A DNA stretch of 64,000 nt from Planctomycetaceae bacterium (GTDB lineage: Bacteria > Planctomycetota > Planctomycetia > Planctomycetales > Planctomycetaceae). Numbering within the stretch: the first letter of the stretch is position 1; every line of letters starts with the position of its first letter. The translations under genes and the position numbers were made by a program. Below, in pieces: positions 8,558-17,334 of this stretch. Location: the NCBI GenBank assembly GCA_033762515.1, contig JANRLN010000412.1, positions 3,719-67,718 on the forward strand. The letters are read 5' to 3'. Below the pieces are notes generated by a model. It was given only the letters and a program-made list of their open reading frames with translations, was not told the DNA's origin and did not search any database.

Positions 8558-8707
8558 TGCCTTCATGAATCCTCCGTGAAGATGCGGCTGCCCGGACTCA
8601 CGTCTGTACCACGGAATTGGTAGAACCACCGAGTGGGGGGAGCTCTCATCGGGCCGGTCGGGCTGCCGACCTTGGGTTTCCCCGTCTCGCGAGTTTTGGT
8701 CAACGAC

Positions 8708-9943
8708 ATGTCGGCACAGCCGTTTCAACTCACCGTCGCTCGCGGACCGGACGCGGGAAAGGTCTTTCGTGGACAGGTCGGCGCGCCGCTGCGAATTGGT
8801 CGCGGAACAGAGACCGAGACGGTCCTCACCGATGCGGGCGTCTCGCGGCAGCACTGCGAAATTGTCGCCGACGGACGGCATGTGCGTCTGACGCATCTCA
8901 GCCGAACGGCGCCCACGTTCGTCAATGGTGTGCAGGTGGCGGAGCATCAGTTGACCCCCGGCGACGAAATCCAGGTTGCTGATACGGTGCTGGTCTTCTA
9001 TTTCGTGGGCGATAGTCAGGCGGATACGCAGCCTCCGGCGGCTGCGACTGTTCCTGCAGCCGAATTGTCGGCCCTCGCCGATCGGCTTGTGGGGACGGTG
9101 CTGCATCGATACACCCTTACCAGGAAGATCGCCGAAGGGCGGACCGGCATGGTTTTCCTGGCGACGGAAGCGGGCGAACCTCAACTTCTGGCGGTGAAAA
9201 TTGTCTGGCCGCACGTGGTTCGCGATGACGCCAGCCGGCAGCGGTTCGTCCGAGCCATGAAGACGATGTACCCGATCCGGCATCCGAACATCGTTCGCAT
9301 CGACAACGCCGGCTATACGAACGACTTCTGCTGGGTCGCCATGGAGTACGTTGACGGAGAGAACCTGCGGCAACTGATGGACCGTCTTGGTGCTGCGGGC
9401 CGTCTCGACTGGCAGAATGCTTATCGGGTGGGCTTGCAGATCGCGCGGGCTCTCGTCGCGGCGTACGAGCATCAGGTGGTGCATCGCAATATTCTGCCGC
9501 AGAACATTCTGGTTCGACGTGATGACAAGACGGCTCTGTTGGGCGACCTGATGCTGGCCAAGGCGACGGAAGTGGAGGAAGCCCAGCAGATCACCAAGGC
9601 GGGGCAACTGATTGGCGAAGTGACCTACATGTCGCCCGAGCGCACGGGGGGCACGGTGGAGGTCGACTGCCGCAGTGATATCTACAGCCTTGGTGCAACA
9701 TTGTATGAACTCGTGACCGGTCGCCCGCCGTTCATCGCGGATTCCCTGGCCGGACTGCTGATCGCAATCCGCACGACGGTTCCCGACCCCTGTAAGACCT
9801 ATCAGCTTTCGGTCAACGATCTGTTCGCGGGGCTGATCGAACGGATGCTCGCAAAAGATCCGGCCCGTCGACCGCAGACGCCGATGGCGTTGCTCAAAGA
9901 ACTGGAACAGATCGGCCGCATGGCGAGCGTCGCGGTTGCCTGA
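8708..9943 (+). CDS. FHA domain protein fused to a degenerate (pseudo)kinase domain
   Basis: FHA: LRIGRGTETETVLTDAGVSRQHCEI...FVNGVQV...PGDEIQVADTVLVF. The kinase fold is present (AVKIV, HPNIVR, MEYVDGENL, YMSPER). However, the G-loop is AEGRTG, HRD is HRN (VVHRNILPQN) and DFG is DLM. Start taken at ATG 8708 (MSAQPFQLTV). Confidence 0.8.
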   Translation: MSAQPFQLTVARGPDAGKVFRGQVGAPLRIGRGTETETVLTDAGVSRQHCEIVADGRHVRLTHLSRTAPTFVNGVQVAEHQLTPGDEIQVADTVLVFYFVGDSQADTQPPAAATVPAAELSALADRLVGTVLHRYTLTRKIAEGRTGMVFLATEAGEPQLLAVKIVWPHVVRDDASRQRFVRAMKTMYPIRHPNIVRIDNAGYTNDFCWVAMEYVDGENLRQLMDRLGAAGRLDWQNAYRVGLQIARALVAAYEHQVVHRNILPQNILVRRDDKTALLGDLMLAKATEVEEAQQITKAGQLIGEVTYMSPERTGGTVEVDCRSDIYSLGATLYELVTGRPPFIADSLAGLLIAIRTTVPDPCKTYQLSVNDLFAGLIERMLAKDPARRPQTPMALLKELEQIGRMASVAVA

Positions 9944-9995
9944 GATCCATTGAGCCGCGCGGCGCAGGCCAAGCTCGGACGAAGCGATCCCACTG

Positions 9996-11738
9996 ATGAA
10001 CCTCCACGAGCAAGTCACGATTCCCCCTGGGCAAGGTGTTTCCACGCCCGTTGCGCACTCAGCGTCCCTCGCCGCGGGGACGTCTCTCGGGGATTACGAT
10101 TTGCTGGAAGAACTGGGTCGCGGTGGGATGGGAGTTGTCTTCAAGGCCCGGCAGAAATCGCTCAATCGCCTGGTGGCGGTAAAGATGATTCTTGCCGGTC
10201 GGCTGGCGTCGCCCCAGGACGTCAAGCGGTTTCAGGCCGAAGCCGAAGCCGCCGCCGCCCTCGATCATCCCGGCATCATTCCGATTTACGAAGTCGACGA
10301 GGTCGGCGGTCAGCACTTCTTTTCAATGGCTTATGTTGAAGGAGAGAACCTGGCGGCGCGCGTCCGCATGACGCCCATGCTTCCGCGGCTGGCTGCCGAA
10401 GTGCTCGGCAAACTTGCAGATGCGGTGGAGTACGCTCATCAGCGAGGAATCATTCATCGAGACCTTAAGCCCGGTAATGTGCTGATGGATGCTTCGGGAA
10501 ACCCTCGAATTACCGACTTCGGTCTCGCCAAACGGGTTTCGCCGGGAGACACCGCATCGTCATCGGGGGACGTCTGCGGGACCGTGAGCTATATGCCGCC
10601 GGAGCAGGCCGAGGGGCAGGCTGACCAACTCGGACCGCCGACCGACGTCTATGCACTGGGAGCGACACTGTATTGCCTGCTGACCGGACGACCTCCATTT
10701 CAGTCGGCCAATCCGCTCGACACGTTGCTGCAGGTGGTCCAGCAGGAGCCGGTGCCGCCAAGGCAACTGAACGGCTCGATCCCCGTTGACCTGGAGACGA
10801 TCTGCCTGAAGTGTCTGCAGAAGGAGCCGCAGCGTCGGTATCTGACGGCAGCGCTTCTGGGGGACGATCTGCAACGATTTCTGCGCGACGAGCCGATCCT
10901 GGCCCGGCCGCCGAGTTCATGGGAACAATTGCGGCGCTGGTCGCGAAGGCATCCTGGGCTGGCGGTTTCGATGCTGATCTCCGGTGCGGCCGTGGCGAGC
11001 CTGCTCCTCGTGAGTGTGTGGTACAACTTTCTGCTGCAAAGCGAGAAGCTGGCGGCTCAGGCGGCTGGTTTGGAATCGCGGCGGCTGCAGCAATCGACGC
11101 AGCTGTTGCTGCAGCAGGTTGCGGACCTGCGAAAATCGGGCCGAGCGCTGAATGCGCTCCGGTACGCCGACTTTGGCCGCCTGTGCGCCCTGACTCACGC
11201 GATCGCCTCTGCGAGCACTCTGGACGAGACGGAACGACTCTGGGGCATATTGTCGACCGAATTGCGGTCCTGGGACTCTACGGGCGATCTCGGTATTCGC
11301 GGCGTAGTTGCAAAATTGTCATCCCTCCTTGCCGAACCTCCCGTCAGCGGCGACCCCCGTTGGCAGACCGCGGCGACCGAGTTGACCGCGGTCTGTCGTG
11401 ATGCCTGGTTGGCCGACACGGCGGCGATCCCTGCTGTGCGTGATCAAGTCCGCCGAGTAACGACCTCCCGATTCGTTACGCTGGCAACGGATCTCACCCG
11501 CGACAGCGGTTCCGACGACCGGGAGCAGATGCTGGAACAACTGCGGACGTTGTATCGCGGTGAACTCGCCGTCGTCGCAAGTTCGGAAATTCGCACGGCC
11601 GCCGATGCATTTATGGAGTGGTTGAATCCGTCGAGCAAACCGCCGACACGCGCGGAAATGCGAACTGCGGTTGCTGCGCTGCGGACGGCGTGCACGAACG
11701 TTGTCACGGACTCCCCAATCCAAAATGCTGTCCCGTAA
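9996..11738 (+). CDS. Ser/Thr protein kinase (Hanks type) with TM helix and uncharacterised C-terminal domain
   Basis: Motifs: GRGGMGVVFKA, VAVKMI, HRDLKPGNVL, TDFGLAK, SYMPPEQ, DVYALGATLY. A hydrophobic helix LAVSMLISGAAVASLLLVSVWY follows the catalytic domain. The gene begins 52 nt after the FHA-pseudokinase stop. Confidence 0.85.
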   Translation: MNLHEQVTIPPGQGVSTPVAHSASLAAGTSLGDYDLLEELGRGGMGVVFKARQKSLNRLVAVKMILAGRLASPQDVKRFQAEAEAAAALDHPGIIPIYEVDEVGGQHFFSMAYVEGENLAARVRMTPMLPRLAAEVLGKLADAVEYAHQRGIIHRDLKPGNVLMDASGNPRITDFGLAKRVSPGDTASSSGDVCGTVSYMPPEQAEGQADQLGPPTDVYALGATLYCLLTGRPPFQSANPLDTLLQVVQQEPVPPRQLNGSIPVDLETICLKCLQKEPQRRYLTAALLGDDLQRFLRDEPILARPPSSWEQLRRWSRRHPGLAVSMLISGAAVASLLLVSVWYNFLLQSEKLAAQAAGLESRRLQQSTQLLLQQVADLRKSGRALNALRYADFGRLCALTHAIASASTLDETERLWGILSTELRSWDSTGDLGIRGVVAKLSSLLAEPPVSGDPRWQTAATELTAVCRDAWLADTAAIPAVRDQVRRVTTSRFVTLATDLTRDSGSDDREQMLEQLRTLYRGELAVVASSEIRTAADAFMEWLNPSSKPPTRAEMRTAVAALRTACTNVVTDSPIQNAVP

Positions 11739-11941
11739 CGATCGCATTCCCGCGCGATGATGGATCCGCCGCGGTCTTCGCGGTATTCGCCACGGCGTCT
11801 CAGAGGACTCAGTGGGACTGGATTTCAAGTCGGCGTCGCGTTCGGGGTTTCGAGCCAGCGGCCCGTTGCGATCCGTACTGGAATGCATTGCTTGACCCAA
11901 GGCCCCCCAGCTCCGCATGGAGCGTTACGGGAGCGGGACCC

Positions 11942-14530
11942 CTACCTCCAGTCGATCACCCGGAACACCCCTTCGCGGTTCGCGATCTTCGACGGCAGCG
12001 CCAACAGGCGGTCACGGTACATGCTCAGGAGCACACCGAAGAGGAAGACCAGGAGGCCGCCGGCGGCGAGGTAGACTCCCATCGCGATCTGCGGTCGGTA
12101 GGCCAGGTGAGCGAAGAGGGTGATCAAGTAAAGAGCGAGTGACCCGCCGCCGAACGCGGTGGTGGCGCGGATCTGGAAGATGCAGCCGCTGGCGAGGAGC
12201 AGCAGGCAGGCCGTCGTGAGGAGAAACTCGTCGAACAGGGAGATGTTCGGTGTGAACCAGCGACCGCCGAGTGTGCAGGCCAGCAGCGGGATCGTGGCGA
12301 GGAGACTGCCCACGAAAAGTGCGGCGCTGACTTCGAAACTGCGCTCACGTGCCGTCTCTCGCAGTCGACCCACGTAACCGGCGATGACCATCAGCCCGCC
12401 GATCACCGCGGCAGCCAGTTCCACTTTCTGGTAGTCGCGCAGATCCCACAACCTTATGCACGAGGCGAGAGCCACCAGGCTCACGCAGGTGGCCGCCACG
12501 CTGTGCCAGCGGCGAGTGGACGAAGTCGTTGCGAGGAGCGCTCCGAGATAGGCGAGTCCGGCGGTCACTGCGACGGTCGCGATCAACCCGCCATTCAGGA
12601 TCGACAGCGGCCCCGCAAAACGGGCGAGTCCCCGCAGGAAGGCTGACAACTCCGCGAGGACCAGCACGATGTCGCCCGCGGAACTCCAGGCCGAAACGTT
12701 GCTGGATTGTTCCCGACCCGGCATCGCGACGGGCGTCCGCAAGCGGCCGATCAGACTCAGAACGACTCCCAGCAGTGCCAGCAGCGGAGCGTAGTAAGCT
12801 TCCGAGAGATCCATCAGAAGCACGAATTTCCAAGCGGCGGCGAGACCCCACAAGCCGCCGACGATCTGCAACGGCCAGCGCCTCGGTTGCAGCGTCGCGG
12901 CGATCAGGAAGAATGCGGTCAACTCGGCACAGAGGATCGCGGCCAGCAACGTTGTGACGTTGCGACCCTGACTCGATACCAAATCGGTGATCGCCGTAGC
13001 GGCGTCCGCCGCGAGCAACGTGAATCCCAGTCCCCCGACCGTCATCGCCACTGCCGCATTGAGCAGGTCGGCCGCCCAGGTTCGTCGATGAGCGAACGCG
13101 AGAACGCATGCCGTCAGAAGAGGGATGGCCAGCAGAATCGGAGTAGTCCGCGCAAGCCCCGACACACCCAGAAGTTCCAGGCTATGCAGCCCAGTCAGCC
13201 ATAGTGCCACGCTGCCAAAACTCCAGAAGGCTGAGCGGGAGCGTGTGGCGTCGCGTCTGCAGAAGGCTCCCGACGCGAACAGACTGGTTGTCACGACCGC
13301 CAAGGCGCCCGTGAAATCGAGGGGCATTGTCGGCAGGGTCTCTGAATGGTTCTGTGCCAAATGGCGGTAAACCGCCATTCCCATCGGCGCCAGCGCGATG
13401 CCGAGACTGAGAGATTCGGAGATTGTGCTCCAGCGGCGGTCTGTGTCATTCTGGAATCGAACCAGCACCCGCACCGCGAAACTCGTCAGCGCCAAGACAG
13501 CGATCAAACCATCGATCGACAGCACGTCTTGCAGCCAGGTGATCTGGGCGAAGATCAGCGCCACTGCAGCGAGATAGCTATAGATCCCCAGTTGACGGAC
13601 CACGAGACCGGAATAGAACCACATATACGCTGCCGCAAGCCACAATGTCGCGGCGAGCCAGGGCGTGTTCACAAGGCGACTGAAGCCCCAATGTTCCGCA
13701 TGCACCGGCGACCACAACCAGTGGACCACCTGCAACGTCAGCAGGCTCAACGTCGCGCCGGCGAGTTGTGCCTGACCAGAGAAGAAGACCGGCAGGCCGA
13801 AGCGTCGACGACTGAAGACGGGATGGTCGGCGGCGAACGCCCGTTCCAGGTGAATCGACACGGCACCCAGAGTCAGCAGCGTTGCACACACGCTGGCGCT
13901 ATCGGTGACGCGTTGCAGATTGCCCAGCAACAGTAGCATCGTCAAAGTGACGCCGGCCTCGACCGCATACAGGAACACCGGATCGCGCAGGACATACATG
14001 GTCGTAAGGTAGGCCAGCGAACAGATCAACCCTCCGATCCAGAGGTGACCGTCCATGGTCACCAGACCCTGGGCGTCGTAGAACCACAGGTTCAATGGGG
14101 CGACGACGCAGGCGAGAAACGTCAGCGATTGCCCCGCGAGCCGATAGCGAGTTCGCAGGGTCACTCCCCAGCCCGACGCCAGCAGCGCCGCGGTACCCGC
14201 ACCCATGGCGACGGCGAGGGTGAGGGGATCATCAAAGACTCCCAAGCTGACGAGCCAAGCGATCAATCCCAGAACGGCCAATCCGCCGCCGCCGAACACC
14301 AGTCGCTGAATCGTCTGCGGATCGAGGAGCATGCGCAGCCATAACGGAACAGGCGGTTCTGCCGGTTTTTCCGCCGTTGCGGCCTGCTGGAGAGACTCGT
14401 CGGGGATGTCGGCCGTCGTTGGATCGACTGGAATGTTCGCTCCGCAGCCGGGACAGGGAATCGTCGCCTCTGCGTAGGAATCTTCAATGTTCCAAACTTC
14501 ACCGCAATCGCAGCACACCGTCTTGGGCAT
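11942..14530 (-). CDS. large polytopic membrane protein with N-terminal zinc-ribbon
   Basis: The 862-aa ORF starts MPKTVCCDCGEVWNIEDSYAEATIPCPGCGANIPV (CxxC...CxxC). It is followed by >20 hydrophobic helix-length segments by eye. I cannot name a family. Confidence 0.75.
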   Translation of the reverse strand: MPKTVCCDCGEVWNIEDSYAEATIPCPGCGANIPVDPTTADIPDESLQQAATAEKPAEPPVPLWLRMLLDPQTIQRLVFGGGGLAVLGLIAWLVSLGVFDDPLTLAVAMGAGTAALLASGWGVTLRTRYRLAGQSLTFLACVVAPLNLWFYDAQGLVTMDGHLWIGGLICSLAYLTTMYVLRDPVFLYAVEAGVTLTMLLLLGNLQRVTDSASVCATLLTLGAVSIHLERAFAADHPVFSRRRFGLPVFFSGQAQLAGATLSLLTLQVVHWLWSPVHAEHWGFSRLVNTPWLAATLWLAAAYMWFYSGLVVRQLGIYSYLAAVALIFAQITWLQDVLSIDGLIAVLALTSFAVRVLVRFQNDTDRRWSTISESLSLGIALAPMGMAVYRHLAQNHSETLPTMPLDFTGALAVVTTSLFASGAFCRRDATRSRSAFWSFGSVALWLTGLHSLELLGVSGLARTTPILLAIPLLTACVLAFAHRRTWAADLLNAAVAMTVGGLGFTLLAADAATAITDLVSSQGRNVTTLLAAILCAELTAFFLIAATLQPRRWPLQIVGGLWGLAAAWKFVLLMDLSEAYYAPLLALLGVVLSLIGRLRTPVAMPGREQSSNVSAWSSAGDIVLVLAELSAFLRGLARFAGPLSILNGGLIATVAVTAGLAYLGALLATTSSTRRWHSVAATCVSLVALASCIRLWDLRDYQKVELAAAVIGGLMVIAGYVGRLRETARERSFEVSAALFVGSLLATIPLLACTLGGRWFTPNISLFDEFLLTTACLLLLASGCIFQIRATTAFGGGSLALYLITLFAHLAYRPQIAMGVYLAAGGLLVFLFGVLLSMYRDRLLALPSKIANREGVFRVIDWR

Positions 14531-14774
14531 GATTTCCGACTCCGCAGGACAATTGTCGCCAGGACCCTCCGTGGTCTCAGGCGAATCGGTCGGCGGAATG
14601 TCACGAGGAGCAAGACGATTTTAAGGGTTGCTTGAGACACGCCGAGCGGTCGCCGCGGTGCTCGTTCCAGTGTTTCCGTATGCGAGACCCGGAGCGGCCG
14701 GGTACAATCGCGGACGCTGCAGCTCCTGTCAGTCGTGGAAAACCGGGATTTCGACCGAGCATGCGGCTGATCGA

Positions 14775-16166
14775 ATGAGGGCGTCTCCAATGCGTCAATT
14801 CTCGATGGTTCCATCGGTCACCCGCCGTTCGGTGCTGCAGATCGGCGGTTGCGGCTTGTTGGGCGTCACCCTCCCACGGCTGTTGCAGGGAAAGGAATTG
14901 CCCATTCCCCGCCGCGCGCGGGCGAAATCGGTGATTTTCCTGTATCAGTTCGGCGGTCCCAGCCACCTCGATACGTTTGATCCCAAACCCGCCGCCGCCG
15001 AGGGCATTCGCAGCCATTTCGGTGTGATCGACACCGTTGTCCCAGGCCTGCGGATCTGCGATCAACTCCCCAAGCTCGCGCAGGTGATGGACAAAGTCAC
15101 GCTGGTGCGCACCGTCCATCACACGATGAAGAATCATAACTCGGCGGCGTATTACGCGCTGACAGGGCACGCTCCTCCGGTCGACGACATCCGCCTGCGC
15201 GACTCGTTCGACCTGATGCCTGCGTATGGTTCGCTGGTCCAGCAACTCGCTCCGGCGAAGTCGGGGATGCCCACATTTGCCGCGTTGCCGCATGTCCTGC
15301 GGGATGGCGAGATCACCCCGGGTCAGCACGCCAGCTTCCTGGGAAAGGCACGCGATCCGTTGTTGATCACCGCCGACCCCAATCAAGACGATTTTCGGCT
15401 GCCCGAACTGAGCCTGCCTGCCGGTTTGACCCCCGAACGCCTCGCCGACCGACGTGAAATCCAGCAGTTGATCAATCAGCAAACCAGGCTGTTGGACTAC
15501 TCCGAGTCGGCTCAAGGCCTCGATTCCTACTTCGAGACCGCGCTGTCGATGCTGAATTCCACGCAGGTTCGTGATGCATTCGACTTGTCCAAGGAGTCTG
15601 CCGACGTCCGCCGGCGCTACGGTCGGACCACCTACGGCCAGAGCTGTCTGCTCGCAAGGCGGCTCGTGGAAGCGGGGGTGAAGTTCATCAACGTTTACTA
15701 CTCCGATAGCATCGGCGGTCAGCGTCTGGGGGACGGTTGGGACACACACGGCTTCAATAACACGCGGATGTATCCGATCCTGCGTGAGTACCATCTCCCG
15801 CTGGCCGAGCAGACGCTGCCCACGCTTCTCAATGACCTCGACGAACGGGGTTTGTTGGACGAAACACTGGTGGTCTGGATGGGCGAGTTCGGCCGCACTC
15901 CCAAGCTCAACGCGAATGTCAGCCGCGACCATTGGCCGGGCTGTTACACCGTTCTGCTGGCTGGCGGAGGCGTCAAACGAGGCTATGTCTACGGTCAATC
16001 GGACAAGGGGGGGGCTTATCCGGACCGTGACGGCGTCCTCTTGGACGATCTGGCGGCCACCATCTTCGAAGCCTTGGGCATCGACTCACGCAGCGAAGTC
16101 CATGATCGGCTGAACCGCCCACGCCCGGTCTCTGCGGGGAGGCCGGTGGCCGGAGTTTTCGCCTGA
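14775..16166 (+). CDS. DUF1501 domain protein (sulfatase-like, Tat-signal)
   Basis: Tat-like signal SVTRRSVLQIGGCGLLG. DUF1501-type motifs: FGGPSHLDTFDPKP, GWDTHG, MGEFGRTPKLN...RDHW. The start is ambiguous (ATG 14775 or 14790). The ORF-track start 14628 adds non-protein-like sequence. Confidence 0.85.
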   Translation: MRASPMRQFSMVPSVTRRSVLQIGGCGLLGVTLPRLLQGKELPIPRRARAKSVIFLYQFGGPSHLDTFDPKPAAAEGIRSHFGVIDTVVPGLRICDQLPKLAQVMDKVTLVRTVHHTMKNHNSAAYYALTGHAPPVDDIRLRDSFDLMPAYGSLVQQLAPAKSGMPTFAALPHVLRDGEITPGQHASFLGKARDPLLITADPNQDDFRLPELSLPAGLTPERLADRREIQQLINQQTRLLDYSESAQGLDSYFETALSMLNSTQVRDAFDLSKESADVRRRYGRTTYGQSCLLARRLVEAGVKFINVYYSDSIGGQRLGDGWDTHGFNNTRMYPILREYHLPLAEQTLPTLLNDLDERGLLDETLVVWMGEFGRTPKLNANVSRDHWPGCYTVLLAGGGVKRGYVYGQSDKGGAYPDRDGVLLDDLAATIFEALGIDSRSEVHDRLNRPRPVSAGRPVAGVFA

Positions 16167-16170
16167 CGCG

Positions 16171-16194
16171 GCCTCCGCAGTCGTAGACGGAGGC
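16171..16194. terminator. hairpin between convergent DUF1501 and ispH genes
   Basis: GCCTCCG-(10 nt)-CGGAGGC lies in the 40-nt convergent gap. There is no U-tract. Confidence 0.35.
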
Positions 16195-16206
16195 TCAAGG
16201 GATCGA

Positions 16207-17154
16207 TCAGCCGGCCGCCCCGGCGGTCCTCAGAGCCCGGAGTTCCCGCGGCAATGGAAACGAGACGTGCTCTTGCCGCGTGGTCACCTCTTCGACCTCA
16301 GCGGCGAACTCTTGCTGCAGGTAATGAATGACGTCCTGCACAACCACTTCGGGAGCACTCGCTCCGGCAGTGATCAGCACCGTCTCGATCCCCGCGAACC
16401 AGTCCCGCTGCAACTCGTTCGCGCCGTCGATGAGGTAGGCCGGCTTGCCGAGAGTGTGGCCGATTTCCATCAGGCGGCGGCTGTTGGAACTGTTCTGGCT
16501 CCCCAGGACCAACACGAGATCTGCCCGCGGCGCCAAAAGCGATACGGCGTCCTGACGGTTCGTCGTCGCGTAGCAGATGTCTTCCTTGGGCGGGCTGGCG
16601 ATGTTCGGATATTTGGACTTGAGCGCCGCGATGACGCGACCGGCTTCCTCGACGCTCAAGGTGGTCTGCGTCAGATACGCGAGTTTTGCGTCAGGCGGGA
16701 AGTCGAGCCGCGCGATGTCTTCCGGGGTCTCAACGAGCGTGATGCTGGCCGGGGCCTCTCCCATCGTCCCGATGACTTCGTCGTGCCCCTCGTGGCCGAT
16801 CAGCAGGATGTGATAGCCCTCATTGGCATACTTGATCGCCTCAATATGCACCTTGGTGACGAGCGGGCAGGTGGCGTCGATGGTCTGCAGTTTGCGTGCC
16901 CGAGCCTGCTGACGAACTTCGGGTGAAACGCCATGTGCGCTGTACAGGAGGATCGAACCCACGGGGGCTTCGTCGATGGTGTTGACGAACTTGACTCCCT
17001 GGTGCGTGAAACGTTCCACGACGTACTTGTTGTGGACGATCTCGTGATAGACGTAGATGTTCGATCCGAAGATCCGGATCGTTTCATCCAGACATTCGAT
17101 GGCCATGTTCACTCCCGCACAGAAGCCGCGCGGGCTGGCCAGAAGAATCCGCAT
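16207..17154 (-). CDS. ispH: 4-hydroxy-3-methylbut-2-enyl diphosphate reductase
   Basis: Full-length 315 aa. Motifs: MRILLASPRGFCAGVNMAIE (first Cys ligand), YHEIVHNKYVV, ATCPLVTKVH, LIGHEGHDEVIGT, ATTNRQ. This is the classical LytB/IspH pattern. Confidence 0.95.
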   Translation of the reverse strand: MRILLASPRGFCAGVNMAIECLDETIRIFGSNIYVYHEIVHNKYVVERFTHQGVKFVNTIDEAPVGSILLYSAHGVSPEVRQQARARKLQTIDATCPLVTKVHIEAIKYANEGYHILLIGHEGHDEVIGTMGEAPASITLVETPEDIARLDFPPDAKLAYLTQTTLSVEEAGRVIAALKSKYPNIASPPKEDICYATTNRQDAVSLLAPRADLVLVLGSQNSSNSRRLMEIGHTLGKPAYLIDGANELQRDWFAGIETVLITAGASAPEVVVQDVIHYLQQEFAAEVEEVTTRQEHVSFPLPRELRALRTAGAAG

Positions 17155-17334
17155 CCGTATGCCTTCGGTAATGGGACCGCTGTTGCTGAGTCTGATGTCT
17201 CGATTGTAGCGGGACGAACTTGGTGTGTCGCCGAGCGAAAGGACCTGTCGCCGCCGACGGGAGTTTTCCCGAGGCGGACATCGGAGACGAGACTCCCGTT
17301 GGAGACGACGGATGCTGCCGGCCTGGGCGGACCC

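Noticed and set aside
8312-10045. 577-aa ORF on the minus strand
   Set aside because: It lies antisense to the FHA-pseudokinase and kinase genes, which have clear motifs. Its translation is Arg/Gly/Pro-rich with no motifs, which is a typical high-GC shadow ORF.
14601-15998. 465-aa ORF on the minus strand
   Set aside because: It lies antisense to the DUF1501 gene, which has strong family motifs. Its composition is not protein-like.
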